The translations under genes were made by a program, and so were the position numbers. Below are positions 10,026-19,038 of a stretch of DNA of 64,000 nucleotides, piece by piece. The notes beneath the pieces are model-generated. The model did not search any database. It saw only the letters and a list, made by a program, of their open reading frames with translations, and had not been told where the DNA came from. Within the stretch, counting starts at the first letter, position 1. Every line of letters begins with the position of its first letter. The stretch is from an uncultured Alphaproteobacteria bacterium (GTDB lineage: Bacteria; Pseudomonadota; Alphaproteobacteria; Methylaequorales; Methylaequoraceae), in NCBI GenBank assembly GCA_902617375.1, contig CACMWI010000002.1, forward strand, positions 1,566 to 65,565, written 5' to 3'.

Positions 10026-10602
10026 TAATTATTTAAAGTATTTTCTTATCTTTTCTGTATTTGTATTAAACTCTTGTGAAACTCTTCAAGACTTCGCCGG
10101 TTTAAATAAACCTGACCTTGAAACAGATTTATTTGAAGAAACACCCGAATTGGTTCTTCCCCCAGATTTTGGAAAAGTTGCTAAGAGAAACAAATATAGA
10201 AATGAAAAAATCATAAATCAAACACCAGATTTTAGTGATAATTTTCAGCAACCACAATATCAAAGCATCCAACCTCGTGTGACAAATTATATTGCTCCTA
10301 GAATAAATATTGAATCATCACCAACTCCCTCTGATTCACTCGAAAGATTTAAAGAAAATAAAAAATTTACAATTGGACAGTGGGTGTACGGACAATATAT
10401 ACAAGGTTTTAAACAAGGAAATCTTTATTACAGACCAATTTACGATAAGGGTTATAACTTTTCCAGAAGATATTTACCTGATCAAAACATAACTTCCTTT
10501 TTAAGACCACAACAACAATATATTGAGAATGCCAATAGAAGAGAATCCATTCCAATGGACTCAAATTTTCAGAATTTAGAAAACTTACCAATAATTGATT
10601 AA
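10009..10602 (+). CDS. Hypothetical Q/Y/N-rich putative lipoprotein, paralog of the upstream gene
   Basis: 197 aa; signal plus lipobox-like VLNSC. Shares a YYRPIY motif with the upstream protein (YYDPIY). Overlaps the upstream ORF by 17 nt; the start could be any of M1, M2 or M4. Confidence 0.5.
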   Translation: MMIMINNYLKYFLIFSVFVLNSCETLQDFAGLNKPDLETDLFEETPELVLPPDFGKVAKRNKYRNEKIINQTPDFSDNFQQPQYQSIQPRVTNYIAPRINIESSPTPSDSLERFKENKKFTIGQWVYGQYIQGFKQGNLYYRPIYDKGYNFSRRYLPDQNITSFLRPQQQYIENANRRESIPMDSNFQNLENLPIID

Positions 10603-11913
10603 ATGAAGATAGTTGGGATTTTATTTATTCTACTATTTTGCTTTGAATCCAAATCAAACATAAATTTCAATGCTAAATCAACTACTTTGGAAAATGGATT
10701 GAGATTAATTGTTGTTGAAAACCCTAGAGCTCCTGTCGTTGCTCAAATGATGTGGTATAATTTCGGATCGAATATAGAACAAAGAGGTAAAAGTGGTTTG
10801 GCTCATTTTATGGAGCATCTTATGTTTAAAGGAACAAAGAAATTCCCAAATAGTTATTACTCAGATTATCTTTCAAAAATAGGTGGTAGTGAGAATGCAT
10901 TTACAAGTTACGATTATACGGCGTATTACCAAATTTTCCCAAGTCAACATTTGGAAAAAATTATCGAACTCGAAGCTGACAGAATGAACAACCTAACTCT
11001 AACTAAAAAGAATGTGGAAATTGAGAAAAAAGTAATTTTAGAAGAAAGATTTCAAAGAATTGAGAGTGATCCGTCAGCCCAACTTGACGAATCTATGAGA
11101 ACCGTATTATTTCCAAATGATTATTATGGTCGACCTATAATTGGTTGGAAGCACGAAATCGAAAATCTCTCTTATGATGATGTAATCGATTTTTATAAAG
11201 AAAATTATAACCCCAACAACGCTATTTTAATTTTGTCAGGAGATATAAAATTTAAAAATGCAAAAAAATTAGTAAATAAATATTACAAATCTATAAAATC
11301 TTCACAAAAGATTAAACTTAATAAATTAAATAATCCTGATCTAAAAACTTCTACAAATGTCGAGCTAAGCAATGAAAATGTGAAGCAACAAATATGGAAG
11401 AGAATATATAGAACAAAGTCTTATAATGACTCAATGACTCAGTCAATTGCATTAGATTTAGGAATGAAAATTCTTGCTGGAGGGACTTCTAGTTTACTTT
11501 ACGAAGAGTTTGTTAATAAAAAAAAGATTTTTTCAATGGTGGGAGGTTTTTTTCAAGGTTTAACAAAAGGAAACGGATATATTTATTTTTACGCAATACC
11601 CAATAAGAAAATTGAACAGTCTGAAATAAGTGACTTGTTGGATAAATTTATAGTTCAAGCCATAGATGAGGGTATCTCCGAAGAAAAATTAATCTTAGAA
11701 AAGAAGAAATATTACTTTGATAGTATTTACGGCATGGACGGAATTTTAAAACCTGCTGAAATTATAGGAGAAGCATTAACTATTGGTTTAAGTCTGGATG
11801 ATATTGAAAATTGGAATGACAAACTTGATAAGATAAATCTGGAAATGGTAAAAAAAGAATTAAAAGAATTTTCAAAAAATAGAAATTTTGTTACAGGAAA
11901 CTTGAAGAATTGA
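10603..11913 (+). CDS. M16 family zinc metallopeptidase (pitrilysin/insulinase-like), catalytic subunit
   Basis: 436 aa; signal peptide; inverted zinc-binding motif HFMEHLMF (HxxEH) followed by a downstream E. Confidence 0.85.
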   Translation: MKIVGILFILLFCFESKSNINFNAKSTTLENGLRLIVVENPRAPVVAQMMWYNFGSNIEQRGKSGLAHFMEHLMFKGTKKFPNSYYSDYLSKIGGSENAFTSYDYTAYYQIFPSQHLEKIIELEADRMNNLTLTKKNVEIEKKVILEERFQRIESDPSAQLDESMRTVLFPNDYYGRPIIGWKHEIENLSYDDVIDFYKENYNPNNAILILSGDIKFKNAKKLVNKYYKSIKSSQKIKLNKLNNPDLKTSTNVELSNENVKQQIWKRIYRTKSYNDSMTQSIALDLGMKILAGGTSSLLYEEFVNKKKIFSMVGGFFQGLTKGNGYIYFYAIPNKKIEQSEISDLLDKFIVQAIDEGISEEKLILEKKKYYFDSIYGMDGILKPAEIIGEALTIGLSLDDIENWNDKLDKINLEMVKKELKEFSKNRNFVTGNLKN

Positions 11914-13199
11914 GATTTATTTTTTTATTTTTTTTATTAATATTCAAAAGCTTAGATGCTTTTGAATATAAAAATCTTAAAACAAATTCTGGAATTGAAT
12001 TTTGGTTTGTCGAGGATAAATCAATACCAATTGTCAGTGTAAGTTTTAGTTTTAGGGGAGGGAGTTCAATTGATATTAAAGACAAAAATGGTATTTCAAA
12101 TTTGATGACATCTCTTCTGGACGAAGGAACTCGTAATTTAACTTCAAAGCAATTTAAAAACGAAATGAAAATGAATGGAATGAAGTTAAGCTTTAGTACA
12201 CAGAAAGATAAGATTGATGGTATATTTCAAATTATTTCAGCTCAGGCCAAGGATGGTTTTGATTTATTTTACGAAGCTTTAAATCATCCAAGCTTTAATA
12301 AGGTGGATATTAACAGAGTTAAGAGACAAGTTATATCTAGTATAAAAATTGATGAATCTGATTTATCAACTTTAGCTTCAAACAAATTTAATCAACACTT
12401 TTTTAAAGATCATGTTTTCTCAAACAACATAAAAGGATCGGAAGAATCAATTAAAAACGTTACAAGAACTGATTTAGTAAACTTTCATAAAAAATCTTTT
12501 GTAAAGAATAATTTAGTAATTGGTGTTGCCGGCAATATAAATGTTAATAAAATAAAAAAATATATTGAACTTGTTTTTGGGGAATTAAAAGACAATCAAC
12601 AAAATTATTCTATTAAACAATTTAAGGCTCTATCTGTTGGGCAAAAAATGTTTGAAATGAAAACACCACAGTCTAGTGTTTTATTTGGTCACCCTGGATT
12701 AGAAAGAAATAATGAAAATTTTTTTGCACTTAGAATTGCGAACTATATTTTGGGTGGTGGTGGATTTCAATCTCGTCTTTATAAAAATATCAGGGAAAAA
12801 AAAGGTCTTGTTTATTCAATTTATTCATATTTATTGTCTTACGAAAATGATGGTGTAATTGTTGGGGGCTTTCAAACAAGGAACAAATCTGTCTTTCAAA
12901 CTATTGAAAATGTAAAAAATGAATGGAAAAAACTTAATAAACGTGGAATTACAAAAAGCGAGTTAGACAATGCTAAAGCTTATTTTAATGGATCTTTTAC
13001 GAGGAATTTTACAAGCACTCTATCGATAGCAAGATTATTACAAGTTGTTCAATATTATGAGCTTGGAGCCGATTATTTTATTAAAAGAGAGAAAATCATT
13101 AATAGTCTAAATCTAGAAAAAGTAAATGGTATAATTTCAGAATATTTCTCAAACGAAAAATTGTTTTTTATGATTGTCGGAGAGCCAGAAAAGAAATGA
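11910..13199 (+). CDS. M16 family peptidase-like protein, probable non-catalytic partner subunit
   Basis: 429 aa; M16 fold pattern with a signal peptide but no HxxEH. The 4-nt overlap with the upstream M16 gene suggests a heterodimeric pair. Confidence 0.7.
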   Translation: MRFIFLFFLLIFKSLDAFEYKNLKTNSGIEFWFVEDKSIPIVSVSFSFRGGSSIDIKDKNGISNLMTSLLDEGTRNLTSKQFKNEMKMNGMKLSFSTQKDKIDGIFQIISAQAKDGFDLFYEALNHPSFNKVDINRVKRQVISSIKIDESDLSTLASNKFNQHFFKDHVFSNNIKGSEESIKNVTRTDLVNFHKKSFVKNNLVIGVAGNINVNKIKKYIELVFGELKDNQQNYSIKQFKALSVGQKMFEMKTPQSSVLFGHPGLERNNENFFALRIANYILGGGGFQSRLYKNIREKKGLVYSIYSYLLSYENDGVIVGGFQTRNKSVFQTIENVKNEWKKLNKRGITKSELDNAKAYFNGSFTRNFTSTLSIARLLQVVQYYELGADYFIKREKIINSLNLEKVNGIISEYFSNEKLFFMIVGEPEKK

Positions 13200-14443
13200 T
13201 TTTTTTACAAGAGACATTTAATTTAGAAAAAAAAGTAAAAAAAACACAAAAACAGAAATATACAAAGTCAAAAATCAAAATATTAGAATTAATAAAAAAA
13301 AAATCTTTTGGTTTTATTCAAGATTTGCATCAAAAAGATTTCTCAGACATTTATCAATTTTCTGAAAAACTTCAAAAATTCGAAAACGTATTATTTTTAG
13401 GAACAGGTGGTTCTAGCCTAGGTGGCAAAACACTAGTTTCATTGATGGATAATATTTTTATAAATGCGACCAGACCTAGAGTTTTTTTTGTAGAAAATAT
13501 TGATTCATCGTCAATACATGGTTTGCTACAAAATATAGATTTAAAAAATTCAGCTTGTGTTGTTACATCAAAGTCAGGTGAAACAATTGAAACAATTGCG
13601 CAGTTTTTCTTTGTATTAAATGAGTTTAAGAAAAAAAAAATTTCTATAAAAAAAAGATTTTTCATTATCACTGAAGATAAACAAAGCACACTGAAAGAAA
13701 TTCAGGAGAGTGAAAATTTAGATTTTTATCCGCATCCGATTGATATTGGGGGACGATATTCTGTTTTCTCAATTGTTGGTTTAATTCCATCAAAAACTAT
13801 TGGTTTTGACATAAAGCGTTTTTGTAATGGAGGTAAAAGTTTTTTAAAGGAAATAGAAAATGAAAATAATTTTGATTATTACTTTACCCCTATTTCAAAT
13901 TTAATTGATCTAAAAAAAAAAGGTGTGAATATGTCAATAGTAATGCCTTACCATGATTCATTAAACAATTTATCATTTTGGTACAGACAACTATGGGCTG
14001 AAAGTATTGGAAAAAAAGGTAAAGGTATAACTCCAGTAAATGCTTTAGGAACAGTTGATCAGCATAGTCAGCTACAACTTTATTTAGATGGTCCAAAAGA
14101 TAAGTTTTTTACATTTATTGAAAAAGCAAGAGACAAGAGTGTTACAAAATTAGATTGTCATTATTCTAAATCTAAAACATTTCAAGATCTTCATCAGAAA
14201 TCATTAGAAGAATTACTCAATGCAGAGATGAACGCAACCATTAAAACTATCAGTAATAAAAAAATACCTATTAGAAGAATAACTTTGGAGTCCTACAATG
14301 AGAAATACATTGGAAGTCTAATGATGTTTTTTTTTATAGAAACAATCTTTAGTTGTTTCTTGCTAGAGGTAAATCCATTTGACCAGCCTGCGGTGGAAGA
14401 GGGTAAAAAATTAACTAAAAGATTTCTTAAATATAATGAGTGA
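13196..14443 (+). CDS. pgi: Glucose-6-phosphate isomerase (short form)
   Basis: 415 aa; PGI motifs GTGGSSLG, TSKSGETIET, GGRYSVFSIVGL, GTVDQHSQLQ and NPFDQPAVE. Confidence 0.8.
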   Translation: MIFLQETFNLEKKVKKTQKQKYTKSKIKILELIKKKSFGFIQDLHQKDFSDIYQFSEKLQKFENVLFLGTGGSSLGGKTLVSLMDNIFINATRPRVFFVENIDSSSIHGLLQNIDLKNSACVVTSKSGETIETIAQFFFVLNEFKKKKISIKKRFFIITEDKQSTLKEIQESENLDFYPHPIDIGGRYSVFSIVGLIPSKTIGFDIKRFCNGGKSFLKEIENENNFDYYFTPISNLIDLKKKGVNMSIVMPYHDSLNNLSFWYRQLWAESIGKKGKGITPVNALGTVDQHSQLQLYLDGPKDKFFTFIEKARDKSVTKLDCHYSKSKTFQDLHQKSLEELLNAEMNATIKTISNKKIPIRRITLESYNEKYIGSLMMFFFIETIFSCFLLEVNPFDQPAVEEGKKLTKRFLKYNE

Positions 14444-16178
14444 GATCAAATTATTATCAGACAGTTTAATTAATAAGATTGCAGCTGGAGAAGTTTTAGA
14501 AAGACCCGCATCGGCTGTTAAAGAATTGGTAGAAAATAGTATTGATGCTGGGGCTAAGAAAATCGATATTTTTATAGGGAACGGCGGTAAAAGTAACATA
14601 ACAGTTTTAGATGACGGTCGAGGTATAAAAAAAGATGAATTAGAAAAAGCCGTTCTACGTCACACAACTTCGAAACTCAATTCATCAAATTTAAATTGTA
14701 TTAAAACAATGGGCTTTAGGGGTGAAGCATTGTCTTCGATAGCATCTGTTTCAGACTTTTCCATAAGTTCTAATCAGAAAAATAATTCAGAGGGTTACGA
14801 GATTAAAATAGTTTCAGGTAAAGTTAAACATGTAAAACCTATAAATCAGAAAAAGGGAACTTGTGTTAAAGTAAGAAATTTATTCTTTTCAACACCAGCA
14901 AGATTAAAATTTCTTAAATCTGAAAACTACGAATCTATTCTTATTAAAAGACTTATTCAAAATTTTGCTATAATTCATTTTGATAAAGAATTTAATCTTT
15001 ATTTAAATAACAAAATTACAATCAAGACATTTTTATCAAAAGATAGAGAAGTAAAAAACAGATTTTTTAATAGGGTAAATCAGATATTAGGGACAGATTT
15101 TGTTGAAAATTCAATCGATCTCGAAGCACATTCTGAATTTATTTCACTCTCTGGTCTCCTTGGTTATCCAACTTTTAATTATTCAAACTCTAATAATCAA
15201 TTTGTTTTTGTTAACGGAAGAGTAATTAATGACAAGACTTTGAATACAATTTTCAGGGTTGCATACAAAGATGTAATGTTCCATGACAGATTTCCGCAGC
15301 TTATTCTAAATATAAAGTGTCCACACGACTGGGTTGATGTAAATGTGCATCCGATGAAAAATGAGGTGAGATTTAGTGACTTTAATTTACTTAAATCATT
15401 TATTATTAAAACATTTAGAGATTCATTTGAAAAAATAGGTTATGAAAATAATAAATTAAAATCATCAACACCGCTAGTTGAGGAAAACAATGTAAATGGT
15501 TTTCAGGAGAAAATAAAACTAAAAGAAACAAATTATTCTAATTATGAAATAAATAATAATTATGATTCATTGCAGGAGTCAAATAAGCCTGAGCAGTTCT
15601 ATCCCTTAGGACACGCTAAAAGTCAGTTTCATGCTAATTATATTATATCAGAAACTGAAGAGGGAATAATAATAGTAGACCAGCATGCAGCTCATGAAAG
15701 GATTGTATATGAAAGTTTAAAGAAAGATTATTATGAAAATAAAATTAAAACTCAACTTTTATTAATTCCTATTATTTTAAATTTAGACAATCTAGTAATA
15801 AAAGATTATGAAAAAAAATTGGAAAACCTAGGAAAGTTTGGATTAAAAATAGATGTATTTGGATCAAATTCGGTAATTGTGAGAGAAATACCAGCCTTAG
15901 TTTCAGATTGTAACGTCAAAAACCTTGTAGATGCTGTTATTAATGATATGGCAAATGAGAACTCTTTAAATTATTTGGAAACAGAAGTTAATAAAATTTG
16001 CTCAACAATTGCATGTCATGGTTCAATAAGATCCGGAAGAAAGCTTGAAGTTGAAGAAATGAACGACTTATTAAGAAAAATGGAAAATACTAAAAATTCT
16101 GGACAATGTAATCATGGACGACCAACTTTTATAAAATTAAATATCGTAGAGATAGAAAAATTATTCGGAAGAAAATAA
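14436..16178 (+). CDS. mutL: DNA mismatch repair protein MutL
   Basis: 580 aa; GHKL ATPase N-terminus (KIAAGEVLERPASAVKELVENSIDAGA, DDGRGI) and a C-terminal dimerisation/endonuclease region. Confidence 0.9.
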   Translation: MSEIKLLSDSLINKIAAGEVLERPASAVKELVENSIDAGAKKIDIFIGNGGKSNITVLDDGRGIKKDELEKAVLRHTTSKLNSSNLNCIKTMGFRGEALSSIASVSDFSISSNQKNNSEGYEIKIVSGKVKHVKPINQKKGTCVKVRNLFFSTPARLKFLKSENYESILIKRLIQNFAIIHFDKEFNLYLNNKITIKTFLSKDREVKNRFFNRVNQILGTDFVENSIDLEAHSEFISLSGLLGYPTFNYSNSNNQFVFVNGRVINDKTLNTIFRVAYKDVMFHDRFPQLILNIKCPHDWVDVNVHPMKNEVRFSDFNLLKSFIIKTFRDSFEKIGYENNKLKSSTPLVEENNVNGFQEKIKLKETNYSNYEINNNYDSLQESNKPEQFYPLGHAKSQFHANYIISETEEGIIIVDQHAAHERIVYESLKKDYYENKIKTQLLLIPIILNLDNLVIKDYEKKLENLGKFGLKIDVFGSNSVIVREIPALVSDCNVKNLVDAVINDMANENSLNYLETEVNKICSTIACHGSIRSGRKLEVEEMNDLLRKMENTKNSGQCNHGRPTFIKLNIVEIEKLFGRK

Positions 16179-16179
16179 G

Positions 16180-16737
16180 TTATATTTTTTTTACAAAAAG
16201 AAATTTCGATTTTGATATTTTTTTCGTCTTCATAATTTCAAAGGAATCAAAATTTAAATCAGTCATTTTATCTCCGAACTCAAGTACGCCAAAAGAATTT
16301 TTTTTCATTAAAAAATTTATCTTTTCTATAATTAATTCCAGTGAATATTTTTGATAGGGTGGATCGCAAAAAAAAAGATCAAATTTATCTTTAAATTTGG
16401 GCAATTTATCTTTTATAATGTTTAGTTTAATTATTTTTACATTTTGAATTATCTTCAATTCCTGACAGTTTTTTCTACATAAATTTAATGATTCATTTGA
16501 AGAGTCAATAAAGGTTACATGCTCAGCTCCTCTAGAGAGAGCTTCTATCCCTAAGGCACCAGTACCGCAAAAACAATCAATTATCGCTTGTCCAGTAATT
16601 TTTTTTTTATCTTTTATGAGAAGAGAGTTTAGTGTATTAAAAATCATTTCTCTTGCTCTGTCAGATGTTGGACGAATTGAATTATTAGATGGTGTTTTAA
16701 TTAATCGTGTTTTAAATTTGCCTGAAATTATTCTCAT
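16180..16737 (-). CDS. rsmD: 16S rRNA (guanine966-N2)-methyltransferase RsmD
   Basis: 185 aa; DCFCGTGALGIEALSRGA SAM-binding motif and the DPPY motif. Confidence 0.85.
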   Translation of the reverse strand: MRIISGKFKTRLIKTPSNNSIRPTSDRAREMIFNTLNSLLIKDKKKITGQAIIDCFCGTGALGIEALSRGAEHVTFIDSSNESLNLCRKNCQELKIIQNVKIIKLNIIKDKLPKFKDKFDLFFCDPPYQKYSLELIIEKINFLMKKNSFGVLEFGDKMTDLNFDSFEIMKTKKISKSKFLFVKKI

Positions 16738-17461
16738 CAGTAAACCCTATTGAATTGAGTAATTTATCTAAAAATTTGATTTTTATTTCAACTAAATTTC
16801 CAATTCCAATGTCATTTAATTCAAAAGGTCCAAAACTTATCCTTTTCAATTTTTGAACTTTGAGATTAAAGTAATTAAGAACTTTTCTTATTTCTCTATT
16901 TTTACCTTCAGTTAATTTAACTTCCATCATATTTTTTTCTTCACTATTCGATAATTTTATTTTAATTTCATTATACAAAATACCATCAACTAAAAATTGA
17001 CCCTCAACCAATTTATCTAAATTTTCAGGAATTTTTCCCGAAACTTTGACAATATATCTTCTTTCAATTTTATTACTTGGATCTTCAAGATACGAAGAAA
17101 GCTTCGGATTCGTAGTTAATAGTAATAAACCCTCGGATTTTATATCTAACCTTCCAACGGAAACAACTCTTGGAAGATCTTTAGGAACTAATCTAAACAG
17201 GCTTTTTTGCGAAAATTGTTCTTTATTAGACGAAACATAACCTACAGGTTTATTTAAAATCCAAACCCTCGTTTTAATATTAGTTAAAGGTTTGTCTTTT
17301 ACTTTAATGGATTTTATAAGACTTTTCTCAATAAAAAATTCTTTATAGACATTATCGTTAATTTTAACGTCACCATTTTTTATTAAAAATTCTGCATTTT
17401 TCCTTGAACAGATTCCCGCATGTGAAATTAATTTAGACAACCGAATTAATTTATTTGTCAA
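16712..17461 (-). CDS. rluB: Pseudouridine synthase of the RsuA/RluB family, with an S4 domain
   Basis: 249 aa; N-terminal S4 domain (RLSKLISHAGICSRKNAEFLI) and catalytic GRLDIKSEGLLLLT. Confidence 0.8.
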   Translation of the reverse strand: MTNKLIRLSKLISHAGICSRKNAEFLIKNGDVKINDNVYKEFFIEKSLIKSIKVKDKPLTNIKTRVWILNKPVGYVSSNKEQFSQKSLFRLVPKDLPRVVSVGRLDIKSEGLLLLTTNPKLSSYLEDPSNKIERRYIVKVSGKIPENLDKLVEGQFLVDGILYNEIKIKLSNSEEKNMMEVKLTEGKNREIRKVLNYFNLKVQKLKRISFGPFELNDIGIGNLVEIKIKFLDKLLNSIGFTDENNFRQI

Positions 17462-18215
17462 TTTTTTTCTTGGCTGATGTTATTAATGACTTAATGACAT
17501 TAATGTCCTTGTTGTCAATAAGAAATTCTGGATGCCACTGGACGCCCAGACAATAATTGGATCTTGTACTTTCTATTGCTTCAATAACACCATCTTCTGA
17601 AACCGCAGAGACAATAAGGTTTTTCCCCAACTTATCAACGGCTTGGTGGTGTGCTGAATTTACAAACATTTTCGAGCATTTTACAAAATTGAAAAGTATT
17701 GTATTTTTTTTTATATGAACAAAGTGACTAGGTTCATTTCTGGGATTTGGTTGCTCATGGTTTATATCAGAGTCTATTACATCAGGGATATGTTGAAGAA
17801 GAGTTCCTCCTAGAACAACATTTATTAATTGTTGTCCGCCGCAAATTCCGAGCACCGGAATTTTTTTTTGGATGGCTTTTTTAGTTATCTGAAATTCAAA
17901 ATTCGTTCTTCCATTTTTAATTCTCAATGTCGGTTTTCTCTCCTGACCATACATTTGTGGATCAATATCAAAATCTCCCCCAGTTACAAGAAGTCCATCT
18001 ATAAAGTTTAAATATTGATTAATCGCTTTTACATTATTTGGTAAAAAAATAGATATGCCACCTGCAATTTCGATAGATTCAGAATAATTTTTCCTAGCCG
18101 CATACCATGGATATTTTGAATAGGTTTGCTCTTCTTCCTCATCCAACGTTATTCCAATTACAGGCTTATTCATTAATCTTTTAAAAATTAAACTTAATGT
18201 TAGTATATTAAACAT
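17451..18215 (-). CDS. Class I glutamine amidotransferase-like hydrolase (peptidase C26, PuuD/gamma-glutamyl hydrolase-like)
   Basis: 254 aa; GICGGQQL nucleophile elbow and WHPE near the catalytic His. The true start may be the internal Met at 18173 (MNKPVIGITLD). Confidence 0.75.
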   Translation of the reverse strand: MFNILTLSLIFKRLMNKPVIGITLDEEEEQTYSKYPWYAARKNYSESIEIAGGISIFLPNNVKAINQYLNFIDGLLVTGGDFDIDPQMYGQERKPTLRIKNGRTNFEFQITKKAIQKKIPVLGICGGQQLINVVLGGTLLQHIPDVIDSDINHEQPNPRNEPSHFVHIKKNTILFNFVKCSKMFVNSAHHQAVDKLGKNLIVSAVSEDGVIEAIESTRSNYCLGVQWHPEFLIDNKDINVIKSLITSAKKKIDK

Positions 18216-18596
18216 ATGCGAAGATGTTGTAAAATTTTTATAAATAATTACGAGATTATTGCTGATTTAAATAACTCTTTAACCGCATCTCAAATTTGGA
18301 ACTCACTCCCTATTTCTTCTGATATTCAAACATGGGGAAATGAAATATATTTTGATACTTCTGTAAGTGTTGAAATTGAAGAAAATGCTAAAGAAGTTAT
18401 TCAGTTAGGAGAAATAGTTTATTGGCCCACTGGAAAAGTTATTGCAATCGGTTTTGGGAAGACACCAATATCTCTGGGAGATGAAATTAGACTTGCATCC
18501 AAATGTAATGTTTGGGCTAATACTAGTTTTGATTTAAAAAAACTAGTTAATGTTCGTAAAGGTGAAAAAGTATTGGTCGAAAAGAGTAGAATATAA
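18216..18596 (+). CDS. Cyclophilin-like DUF3830-family protein (hypothetical)
   Basis: 126 aa. The pattern KIFINNYEIIADLNNSLTASQIW...WGNEIY...GEIVYWPTGKVIAIGFGKTPIS...NVWAN resembles the TM1367/DUF3830 cyclophilin-like family. The start abuts the divergent gene. Confidence 0.5.
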   Translation: MRRCCKIFINNYEIIADLNNSLTASQIWNSLPISSDIQTWGNEIYFDTSVSVEIEENAKEVIQLGEIVYWPTGKVIAIGFGKTPISLGDEIRLASKCNVWANTSFDLKKLVNVRKGEKVLVEKSRI

Positions 18597-18597
18597 T

Positions 18598-19038
18598 ATG
18601 AATGAATATTTTATGAAACTTGCTTTAGATTTAGCAAAAAAATCGTTTAAACAAAATGAAATACCTGTTGGTTGCGTTTTAGTAAACGATAAAAATGAAA
18701 TAATTAGTTGTGCTTCAAATTCCATGGTACAGAATCATGACCCAACTTCGCATGCTGAAATAGTTGCAATACGAAAAGCATGTAAGAAATTAAAAACAAC
18801 AAAACTTTTAAATTTCTCAATTTATACAACGTTAGAACCATGTTTGATGTGTGAATCGTTAATTATAAGTGTTGGCATAAAAAAAATTTATTTTGGTGCT
18901 TTTTCAGATAATGTAAAAATTCATAAGAGAAAAATAAAAAATTATTTTTCCAGAAATAATAATTATGAATTTTTTGGAGGATTTAAAGAAAAAGAGTGTT
19001 CAGATTTAATAATTAATGCTTTAGAGAAAAAAAGATAA
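18598..19038 (+). CDS. tadA: tRNA-specific adenosine deaminase (CDA-fold deaminase)
   Basis: Zinc-binding HAEIVAIRKA and PCLMCESLII motifs. The start is chosen at MNEYFMKLALDLAKKS; the track ORF begins 48 nt upstream inside the previous gene. Confidence 0.85.
   Translation: MNEYFMKLALDLAKKSFKQNEIPVGCVLVNDKNEIISCASNSMVQNHDPTSHAEIVAIRKACKKLKTTKLLNFSIYTTLEPCLMCESLIISVGIKKIYFGAFSDNVKIHKRKIKNYFSRNNNYEFFGGFKEKECSDLIINALEKKR

Noticed and set aside
10310-10591. Two 60-aa ORFs (plus-strand 10310-10492, minus-strand 10409-10591) inside the second lipoprotein gene
   Set aside because: They are alternative-frame or antisense artefacts of the longer ORF.
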